From Tricharina praecox (lineage: Eukaryota): 64,000 nucleotides of DNA. Shown here in pieces: positions 47,132-57,533 of the stretch (position 1 is its first letter; each line of letters opens with the position of its first letter). A program made the translations under genes and the position numbers. The stretch covers positions 1,364,001 through 1,428,000 of the forward strand of contig NW_026250407.1 in NCBI RefSeq assembly GCF_024521635.1, written 5' to 3'. Below the pieces are notes generated by a model that worked only from the letters and a program-made list of their open reading frames with translations, was not told the origin of the DNA and did not search any database.

Positions 47132-49313
47132 TTACAAAACATATCTAAACGTCCTTGCGGTATCACCCACGTCCGCATCGTCGTCGTCGGGATCGACCCC
47201 AGCGGCGCCCATCTCCCGCAGCGCGTTTTCGCGGCGGATGCCGAGCATGTACGCGGTCGCCGCCACGATCGTGAGCACCACGAAGCCGATCGCCACCGAG
47301 TAGCCTGTCGTGTACTCCGGCGCATCTGCGGGCACGAATAGGAACGCTGCGATTACGCCGCCGAGGTTGCCGAGTGATATCTGTAGGATGGATTCGGTCG
47401 TTAGTGCGGGCGCGGGGGGGGAGCGGGGGGAGGAGGGGACTGGAGGGGGGAAGTTACTTGGAAGGCGCTGCCGATCGCCCGTCGGGTGTGGCCCGCGAGG
47501 TTGGTCTGGAAGTAGCATATCGCTATTGGCATTGCGGCGCCGGCGCCTGGGGGACACGCCGAGTCAGTCTATGTATGTACTAACTACACGGGCGGGGAGG
47601 GAGGGAACAGGTGACACCTTGAAACGCGATGAACAGTGCCGCATACTGCAGGTTCTGATTACCGTGGGTAGTCATCAACATGGCGAACCCGGCCAGCGTG
47701 AGCAAACAGCCGCCCAGAATGAAAGTGTAGCGGTGCTTCGTGTAGTCGCTAGCCCATGCTACCACCATCGCCAGCACGAACGATGACATTGCGATGGGAA
47801 CCGTTCGCAGCTGCGACTCGATCGGGCTGTAGTTCCAGCCAACGAGGAGCGTGGGCGCGAAGTACGCTGTGTATCGTTGTCACTGGTCAGTTACCGATCC
47901 TCCCATTAGAGTACCGGTACATAGGGACACAGGAGGCGGAGCCAAACCGTAGCCGTAGGCCGACACGGCAAAGCCCAGGTACAACAGGGCGCCGAGGATG
48001 AACTTTTATGCTGTATGTCAGCCACTACATACTTCCTCACACCTTTTTCCCTCCTACGGTGGACGGCGGCACACCTTGTAGTCCTGATACAGCATCTTCA
48101 GATCCTTCAGTCGTATCGGGTTCTTGCGACTCGCCTTCCCGACATCCTCGTGCAGCCTGGCGCGGACCCACTCCTTCTCCTCGGGGCGGAGCCACGTGAC
48201 GTCTTCGGGGAAATCGGGGATCGTGAAGTATCCCAGCGCGGCCACGGCGCAGGTCATTGCGCCTTCCTGTTTCTCGTCAGCCAGCCATACATACAATGTT
48301 ATTGGGGAACCCACAAGGATAAAGATCCAGCGCCACGCGCGCTTCCCGCCATACCCGTCCATCTTCCCGATCGCACCGGCCAGCAGCCCGCCAAACGCCA
48401 TCGCCAGCGTCGTGCTGATGAAGAAGAACGTGAAGCGCTTTTGCGATTCCGTGCGCTTGTACCACATGGATACTTGAGAGCCGTCAGCGCCGGATGAAAG
48501 GGGGGCGGGGGGAGCATGTACAGAGATAGAAACAGCCTCTGCGAGCAAGCGGATATGTAGATATCTACGGTCAGTGAAATCCGGAGGGACAAACACGGAC
48601 GAATGGACGGACGGATAAACGCTTACGGGAATAGTCCAGTCTCGAAGAGTCCCTGATTCGATTCGGTATTCGCATCAGCCTCAGCCGCAGGCTATCACAA
48701 ACTTGAAGGAGAAGACTCAAGAGGAGATATGTACATACCAAGAAGAAGCGGGTGGCCAGCAGTCCCGCATAGTTGGTCACGAAGCCTTGCAGCAACGTAG
48801 TAACGCCGAAACCGAGGACACAGAAGCTCAAGTAGCGGTGCGGCATGGATTTCTGGAGCTGTTGCGGCGGTCAGTGACTCTCCGACGACACTCCCGACTC
48901 CTGAGGCGGGGGAGCAGAGCGAGTGGCTTCCACCAAGATGTTTGACGGAATCTGCACGACTGGTCAGTTACCTAATCACATACTTGGTATCTAATGAGAA
49001 GGCTGTGGACTGTAGTTACCTCAAACAGAATGTACGGGATGAAAAAGATCATGAGCGCAGTGTTATACTGCGTGCCCTTCAACCGCAGCTCCTCCTTGAT
49101 CCCGAACACCGCGGCATTGCCGATGTTGACCCGGTCCAGAAATGAGAACAGGTAGACGAACGACAAGATCGGGAGGATGTGCAGGTCGATTCGGAACAGG
49201 AGACGGCGGTTGGGGATGACGGTGGACGAGGATGTGGGCGTGCAGGAGGTGGCGAGGTCCCGGAGGGAAGCTGCGACTGGGGCTTCGATTTCTTTATCGG
49301 TAGTGGTAGACAT
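47132..49313 (-). CDS. MFS transporter, allantoate/nicotinate permease (ACS/Dal5-Tna1) family; about 11 exons including three microexons
   Basis: RIDLHILP..FLDRVNIGNA, FFIPYILFE|IPSNIL, RFFL|GLFETGLFP|GCFYLLSMWYKR, GGLLAGAIGKMDG..WRWIFIL|EG, PDFPE and GHTRRAIGSAFQ|ISLGNLGG..FRYVL. Confidence 0.88.
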
Positions 49314-50430
49314 CGTGATAAGTATAACGGACTGAAGACTCTTCCTGCCCCTTCGTTACGAGCTGCAAAGTGTTGGTTGTTGGTTTTCTTTCTCGCTCGG
49401 GGGAGATGAGTAGACTCGCAAAGATTCATTCACCGCAGCAGCTATGTATCTATCCCTCCGTCATCCGGACGAGGACTGTTGACTTATATGTACATATACC
49501 TACATCCATACATAGCTGCACCCATCCGAACGGACAGAGGCAGAGGCAGGGACAGAAGCAGGGACAGTACAGCCTCGAGCCATTCCCTCCGGAACCTAAA
49601 TAGAAGGTCAACGGCGTATCGCGGAACTTAAACACTGTTCGGGGAGTTTCGCCGCTGACTGAATTTATGGGTCTCAGCCCAGACGTTCCCCAAGAACTAC
49701 CTGAGTACCTATTGGCTGTCACGTTGGCATGCTCCGAGTGGCGGGGCTGGAGAGGAATGCGAGCATCCTACAAAGTATGTAAGAATAAAGAGCTACGGCA
49801 TAATCGTTTCATATCAGCATTGAACTGTGCAACGTTTCAGCAGCTTCATGCGCCTGTGATGGTCCGGGAGACACCTGATAACTATACGGCACATTTATGG
49901 GTAGGTATCTCCGAGTTACTGACTCCCGGAGAATTTTGCAGTCTTACAACCTGCCTATGCCTCGTCTTTTTACTGCTTCTTCGAGATTTTTATACCTAGA
50001 TACTTTATCTATAGTAGAGACGTTTAGGATCCACCGTTCTTCATCTTTAAAAAGCCGATGGCGGTCAGTCCATCGCTGTTGGATAATAGCTCTCGATGCG
50101 GTGGGACGGTGGGATCCGTGATCTCGCGTGATTTGCTGGGAACTCACAGTGCCAGCGTAAGCTGCGTAACCACACTCAAGGGACAAATGACGTAACCAGA
50201 CAATGAGTGCCGCCAGTCTGTTCGAACTTCGGACCTGACCCACAAGAGTGTAACAACTCATCTCGGCGATATCTCTCTGTTTTTCTATCAGATCATCTAG
50301 AGTACCATACGCATTCGACTGCCATAAGTCCTCTGTATCGGCGACATGAATACTTCGAATGCAATTGTAATAAGCTCCTCGCTATCCAACACCTAACTCC
50401 TAATCCAATCGCCAAAGAACAATACAGTGA

Positions 50431-51204
50431 TTATTTCTCATGTTTGGGGTGGTGTCTATGCCCTGACTTCGACCTCTTCCGACGAGACCGCCGCTCAGTA
50501 TCACCGTGTTCCCGTGACGGCGACCGGGATCGTCCCCGTCTGCGATGTCGCTGGTGTTCCCGCACCTCATCCGCATCCCCAGGTGGTGACCGAGACCTAC
50601 TCCTCCTGCGGTGGCGCTTACTATCCTTTGTTCTGCGGCTCCGACTGCGACTCCGACTGCGACTTCTGTCCTCCTTCTTCTCCGCACCCTTCTTCCTCTC
50701 CCTTTCCCTAGCCCTCCCCAGCTTATCCCGACACCCCCCACAGAGCCTCACCTTAACCAGCGCCTCCTTCTGCTCTGCATCCTCCTTATACGCAAACAGC
50801 ACCTCCTGCTCGTCCCTAGCGTGCCTACCACACTCCAGCTCCGCACACGTATCCGTGCCCTTCCCCGCCTTAACCTCGTCCTCGGTGCGCCAGCGCATGG
50901 CGACCATTCCCTCGCGCCATCGCGACAGCGACATCAGCACGAATTCCTTGTAGAGCTTCTTGTCGTATGCCGCCACGAGAGCGCTCTCATAGGATGCGTC
51001 GGTGACGGGCGTGGAGAGGAAGCGGTGGTGCGAGAGAAGGATGTCGCGTTCCGTCCGCTGCGGCGGGGGAGGCAACGGCGGGTTGGAGTACAGTGTGGTT
51101 TGCGCGGTCGCGTGGGAGAGGTGCCGCGCGTACGCGGAGGTCGGCGCGAGGGATTGCCGGAAAGCGCTGGACTGCGGCGGTGGAGGTGGCGGTGGAGGTG
51201 GCAT
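50431..51204 (-). CDS. FRA10AC1: FRA10AC1-like spliceosome-associated protein; intronless
   Basis: TERDILLSHHRFL, YDKKLYKEF..LSRWREGMVAMRWRTEDEVKAGKG..C..C, FAYKE..ALVKVRLCxxC and an RS-rich tail. Confidence 0.9.
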   Translation of the reverse strand: MPPPPPPPPPQSSAFRQSLAPTSAYARHLSHATAQTTLYSNPPLPPPPQRTERDILLSHHRFLSTPVTDASYESALVAAYDKKLYKEFVLMSLSRWREGMVAMRWRTEDEVKAGKGTDTCAELECGRHARDEQEVLFAYKEDAEQKEALVKVRLCGGCRDKLGRARERERKKGAEKKEDRSRSRSRSRSRRTKDSKRHRRRSRSRSPPGDADEVREHQRHRRRGRSRSPSREHGDTERRSRRKRSKSGHRHHPKHEK

Positions 51205-54077
51205 CGCGGCGCTCGTTGGAACTTGGGGTGCAGCTTCAGCCTGAGGGGAGCGTTCGGGGAAACAGTAATGGCTGCATACGGGAAGAGTCGGGGTTCGAAC
51301 TAACTACGAGTGTACCCTAACTACCAGTGAGATCACGTGGTAGCACAGCAGGTGTACAGTACTCACCATGGCTCTCACTCAAAATCTCCCGGTATCGGAC
51401 CATTTCCTGAATATCGTGCGGGTTGATGAAGCAGGCTTACCCGGGCGCATAGCAATTGGCTGAACGGATGTCTGATATTCAACATTTATCCACTTCACGA
51501 CAATTGTGGAGTAAATATCATCGTAGTGATTGATCCGGCGTTACGTACATGCCGGTACCCTCAAGCTCCATCATCACGGCGACAATAGCAACAATTTGCC
51601 CTGTATGACATACAAAACATAACATAACGCACAGCACGCAACTTGACTACATTAGCCCTCGGCGGCATGTTAATTCTTCAGAAGTCGCCTTTTGGAGGAT
51701 GCAGCTTTTGTCTGGAGGTGTACATACGGTACCAACGCATTGGAGCCATAGTATCAAGTAACGAACCTGCTGATCTTCACTTCTCGGCCGTGTAAGCCCG
51801 AGTAAGTGCAGCCGCAACTGTAAATCCCCAGATTTCCCCTCCATCCGCCAACACGCGAGCAACATTAACCCACCACGGCAAGCAGTACCTACCTAAGTAG
51901 CTTTCATCCCGTGCTTATCTTCAAGTAGGTATCGCCGGATCGAATACCTCCAGCATCAACATACACACAATTGACGATCTATGGATATAAGCGGTAGGGT
52001 CTAAGTTCTAAGATCCCGCCATTGGATTCGGAAAATGAGGGTTCTGTGCAGTCTCGGGGGGAAGAGAGGAACACAAGGGCAACGATGGAGTGTTTTTTTC
52101 CTTACATGGAGGTTCGCGGAGTAAACAAAGCAATACCCATGAGGTCCTGCCGATAGTACCTATGAGATTAAATGTCGACTACTTACGCTTATTCCACTGG
52201 CAAAGGCGAAGAATATGTATTTAGGTGGACAAAGACCTTCACGCTTGCGCCTGCAATCTGTGCGAAGACTATCGGATGTCTCAGTTCTCCCAATCGAGCC
52301 TCACCGGCAGTCTCATCACCACCTTCCCCGAGCATTCAAACAGAACCTGGCTATCATTCGCCGAAGAGAAGAGTCGGGAGTCCGGCAAATCACCTGGTTA
52401 AATTTGCACCCGAGTGCTGTTATATAACTAATCGTCTTTTCTAACCTGACCTAACCAGCTGCGTACATAAGCACACTGACTGGGCCGCAACATAACTCCA
52501 TTTACATAGGCCTGGAACCGTCACACCTACCTACTACTAGTGAGTGGATATTTGTTGCCATGGTCTATGTAGTGGATTCGTGCGCGTCGGAGGTGTGACC
52601 TTACCTACGATTACTCTACTTTCCCGAGGCTGGCTTGAGAGTTGAGACAGCTGCTCTTTCTAGTTTTGTTTGTGGATTATTCATCTAGCATACCACAGTT
52701 GTTCCGCAGTGTCATGAATTTTTCCGCTCCGTGTTACTGTGTATGTAATATTGTGCAATAGGTATGCCCGCTCTTGCAGTATCTGGAAGAGTTGGCCCTG
52801 TATTTCGCACAACCATGACCGCCGGTCGCCGCCATAAGAACAGGTCTGGGTGAAAACTTCTATCATACTCTGTCATGGTATTGATGGTATCTAGAGTAGA
52901 AGCTTAACCATTACCCCTTGTATTTCATGGTACATTATGTACCTTGTATATGGAAGGTTTTCTCTATTTGGACGTCGGGAGTCAAGACAGGGTCCACTAG
53001 GCATCACTCTTACCAGGTACTAATCACTCGGACAAGCTTTTGCGCACTGGGAATTCGGCATGACGCGTAGGCACCACCACCACCGGACTGTAGGCATGTA
53101 TGTAGATATATACCTACAGTCCTACTTTCAGTGCTGTAATCCAGTTCTGCCATATATTTTCTGGTGAAAGAGGGGACGGGCTTGAAGTAGGTACCGTAGT
53201 AGTTGACCAAGTAATTTTCATGCGCCGGTATGCACTTAGGTATGTACGAAAACATTGCTTCCGGCGAGAATATGTACAAACCCACTCATTGTCGCCGTCT
53301 TCCACCGGTCCACTGTCACTCACCGCTGTCGGTCACCACCCTGCTGTGCCAGCAGTTACTTCACGGCCATGCAATGCAAGCAGGACCTGAGTAGGGTGGA
53401 ACTGGACACTGTGCGATACAGCCATGATCTACCTAGTAACTATGGTCGAATGCCATTATGATTAAAAAAACCCATGCAAAACCCACGGTGAAACATAACC
53501 ACACAACGAGTAGTGAAATGGCTCTGTATTCTTCCTACATGTTGGTAGCAGCTCAAGCCGCATGCGCAGGATGAAAGGATGCGGTTAGACAAAATCATTA
53601 CTAGTAATGTAAGCATCGTTGACAAGTAGTGCCCGGATGACCGCAGAGGCGCCTACGCGGAGACAGTAATCAGTAATCGGTAATAGTTGTCCCCCTGCCA
53701 GAAGAAGGTTGCCGTACATGGAAAATCACTAGGTAGACGACTCTAAGCCTGCCTGCCCCACCCTTCACCTTGAAATGTGTGGCAGAACAGATTATTGTGG
53801 AGAAGTGTGGCAATGTAGACGTATTCCGAAAAGAACGAAATACATCCGGCACGCTCAAGAAATTGGTCACGGACATCTTATGTTCTTTCCCCTAACAAAT
53901 AGTTCATACATATCTAACTACGACCAATGAGTGTGTACATAAAACCCAAATCCAACCGCACTGCAACAGCTTTCTCCTCCCTCATGTTTCCTTCCTGCAC
54001 CACTTAAACCATATACATATCCTTCATCATAGAATAGCCCATCCTATAGTATAGTAGACCACCAGCCGCCCTACTCC

Positions 54078-54413
54078 CTAGACGTTGTAGTAGCACCTGA
54101 TGCTCTGGATTCTCTGGTTGGCGGCCGTGCATCCCCAGGTCTGACCACCATTGACTCCGGCACTCTGGAACTGCTGGGAGCACGCCGAGTCGGAGAAGTA
54201 GGAGCAAGTGGTGGCGCGCGAGCCGCTGCGGGTGAGGCCAGCCGCAATGGCACCGCCAAAGTTCGAGATGCACCCGGTGTCCCCGCTGAAGCCGGTGCGC
54301 TGGCTCTTCGCGTCGCACTTGCAGTTGGCGCAGTCGTACAGGTACATATCGCCCGCGACGGCGACCGCGACAAGGCTCAAGGCAGTGATGAGGATGTTGG
54401 TGATGGCGACCAT
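54078..54413 (-). CDS. Small secreted cysteine-rich protein (111 aa, 8 Cys), effector/antimicrobial-like
   Basis: Signal peptide MVAITNILITALSLVAVAVA|G, strongly GC3-biased codons within an otherwise non-coding region, and an upstream TATAAAA (minus strand, ~54643-54649). Confidence 0.85.
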   Translation of the reverse strand: MVAITNILITALSLVAVAVAGDMYLYDCANCKCDAKSQRTGFSGDTGCISNFGGAIAAGLTRSGSRATTCSYFSDSACSQQFQSAGVNGGQTWGCTAANQRIQSIRCYYNV

Positions 54414-54777
54414 GGTTGCGAGTGTGGTGTTGGGGGGATTGGGTGGGTGGTTGTGAGTTGGTGGTGGTGGTAATGGTGGTGGTGATGAATTGTGATGTGT
54501 GGAGGATCGATATTGAAGTGCGAAGTCTGGGAAGGGTCAGGGACGAGTACTTGAAGAAGTTTGAGAGGAACTTGCTGTTTGATGGTTGTCTGTGAGGAAG
54601 CTGGCTGATGATGATGGAGCTTTGAGGGAGAAGCCATTGACCTTTTATATCGGTTTCTTCGCCCACAGCCGCCCTGTCTGCCTGAATACCTAGGCGTACG
54701 GCACAGTTATCCCGGAAGAGCAGCGGAGTAAAGTTGTCCCTGAGCATCGGAGGAACACACTTGATATGGAAACCGGC

Positions 54778-55030
54778 AATTGGGAAGTTCGGCTGGTGAA
54801 GTGCGCACTTCGAATGTTGATGACCGGGAGTCCGAATGGGGGTTGGTGGGTACCGCAGTGGCGAAGTGGAGGTTTCTGTGACCGTCACCAGCTGGCATCT
54901 GGACTCCAGAGGTTGAAATTTAGCGTGCTAAATGGTATCAAAAACAATTGCTTCCCCTGGCCTGTTGTTGTAGGTACTCATAGAGGCTCCGCTACCGAAG
55001 TGCGCACTTCACCAGCAGAAACTCCCTATT
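54778..55030. mobile_element. Putative MITE-like element, ~253 bp with ~35-bp imperfect terminal inverted repeats
   Basis: Left arm aattgggaagttcggctggtgaagtgcgcacttcg. Right arm, reverse-complemented, is aatagggagtttctgctggtgaagtgcgcacttcg. The inner 21 bp match perfectly. No convincing ORF inside and no clear TSD. Confidence 0.5.
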
Positions 55031-55046
55031 AAACACATCGGCAAGC

Positions 55047-55122
55047 GTCTAGAATGCCATAATTTTCGGCCCGGTAGTCTAAAATGCCATACTTGTCTCG
55101 GGAAACAGTCTAGAATGCCATA
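55047..55122 (+). repeat. Three copies of GTCTARAATGCCATA at 30-31 bp period
   Basis: Copies at 55047-55061, 55077-55091 and 55108-55122. Confidence 0.85.
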
Positions 55123-57098
55123 CCTAGTTTCTTTGGCAGTAGCATTTTGTGGGGTATGTACCTACATAATGTAGGTCACCGGATAGTCGGCACCACCTCT
55201 ATGTAAAATCAATAGCAGCCGACCGAGACAATGAATCAATTACCTAGTGTTCACTATTTTAACATATGTAGGTACAACTGGAAGTTGACGGACGTCATCG
55301 CAAGTGGTTCGGTTGTGACCACAGTATTACCCGTTGTCTGGAACATCTCCCGGCCCGCCGACTACTTGCGGCCACCATCCATACGTAGGCCCTTGTATTT
55401 TCTCATCTTTTCTGACTCGCCTCTCCTCCTTATGTAGGCCGGCCGTCAGTAGGCCTAAATAGTGGAGGGTGGTTGGCACTGGGCATCCCGCCCCCGGAGT
55501 ATCTGAAGATACTACTCTAGATGTCAACCAGATGCATATCCCTTGAGTAGGTAGGTAGGTCCACCTATATATGGTTGTCCTGAACAGGTCTTTCATACAG
55601 ATGAAAAACCAAGAACCACTGAAGTCACGAGAAGAGCCGGTATACCTATACAGAGATTGCGACCAGCAGTCAGGTCGGTCGGAAACCAAAGAGTGCGAAA
55701 CATTCTCATTCGGCTCGTATACATTTTCCTAAAAATGCCGGACTAGGGAGGTAAACGGCGTGCCTTCGGAATCCATTTGTCTATATGTATGATAATGAGG
55801 AAAATGCATACTCCCATCTCCCACCAGGGTGGAGAATACCCGCAGGCTGCAGTGACGCCACCTGATGAAAGATATTACTGGTATGCATACCTACTAGTCA
55901 CTGATTACTCAACGGCATCGTGATCCCTCCATAACTAGAGTCATCCTGCCAAGGTGGTGGCCTGAGTACCTAAATGCTTACTTTTGATCTCGGATATTTG
56001 ATTGCTGGAACTTGTTATTCGCTTAGCCTGGAGCCTGGTACCTATTATTGGATGACTGCCTAGCTAGACGACTCGCGTGCCGACTGTTGCCTGTTGCCTG
56101 TTAGTATGTAGGAGGACATTATATTGAATGAATACCTGGACTATGTCAAACACAGAGGCAGGTACATACATAGCAGGCTGCAGCACGGGCCGGCCCGCTC
56201 TATATAGAGTATATACCACGATTCATTTATATAGTGTTGGCCAACCGGTCACTGGGTCTGCGCCTTCGGTTACGACCATTATACTACTATGTATTGCGCG
56301 TTCCCAACTGGTATTCCAGACGCAAATTACAGCATTAACTATTGGGCTTTCCAGGCTAAGGCTACTATATCGTAGGCTGCAACCTACTAGTAGCGTAGCC
56401 CGTCCGCCCAAACGCCTTTGAAGTTTGGGGGCCGTGTCAGCGCATCCTGCCTTCGCTGGGCGGACTATCTACTGAGGAGCCGACTGCCGGTCTTTCGTGT
56501 TCTTGACTTTACATCACCACCGTTACCGAAAACATATCGGGAGATTTATCCCCTACATGTCTGTCCGTGCGGTTGTAAATCTGTTGCAGTGCATGAAGTT
56601 GGACAAACCCGAACCGGTGCAGATATCATAGGTAGGTTGGCAATGAGTGATATCAAAAGCATTCGGGTGGATTCCGGGGAGCAACTGTGTAAGTTACTGG
56701 AAACCTCCCTGCCATAAGGATGTAATGTAGCCCCCAATACCTACCAGTAAAGCTGCAGTCACAGTCAGATAAGTGAGACAGTGAGTTCGTTTTCTACAAC
56801 ACGTACATTGTACAGATGGTTTTATCACCTACCTACATACATGTCCGACTGGGTACTGGAGGTGCCTTTATCAACCACAAACACCAGACATCACAATCAT
56901 ATCATCATGTTGTACTAGTACAGCTCCTTGTGCAGCTTTTGCAGCTTGTACTTATCATTCATAGTTACCAACAGCGATGCTCTCGAAAGTTGAAACCACA
57001 TAAATCTGCTAAGTAGACTGTATACCGAGTGACACGCCGTGAGTGTATCCACTCGCGTCAACTCTTCACATTCGCATGCCGCATGTGGAATAAATTGA

Positions 57099-57101
<3 letters not shown>

Positions 57102-57150
<49 letters not shown>
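57102..57150. repeat. (TC)24 microsatellite
   Basis: Read directly. Confidence 0.95.
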
Positions 57151-57152
<2 letters not shown>

Positions 57153-57533
57153 ACAATTCGCAGCTTGAATATGTATACTTTATACCAGCCCTTTGTGCCA
57201 GCCTTCGAGCCCGCCTCGAGTCCACCTCGAGCTATCCCTCCATACCTCCATTCCTCCACCACTCAAACAATCAAACAATCAAAAAGCAAGAAAAGAAAAG
57301 GAAAGCTAAACAAGCAGTTAAAGCAATAGCCAGAGGAAGAGGTATCAATGAGCAGACAAACTAAGCTTATAGGGCAAAAGCAACAGAAGAGGTATCGAGT
57401 AAGAGTAACTAAGAGTAAGAAAAAAATACACCGCATTACAACGCCAACGTCAACGCCACCGCAACCGCTCCACTCAGCAATCGCCACTCAAAACACTCCT
57501 CTCTCAAAACACCAGCGAAAAGCACTCCCAAAC

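Noticed and set aside
55047..55122. Repeat-spacer pattern as a CRISPR array
   Set aside because: Eukaryotic context, repeats and spacers of only 15-16 bp, three units, partly similar spacers and no cas genes.
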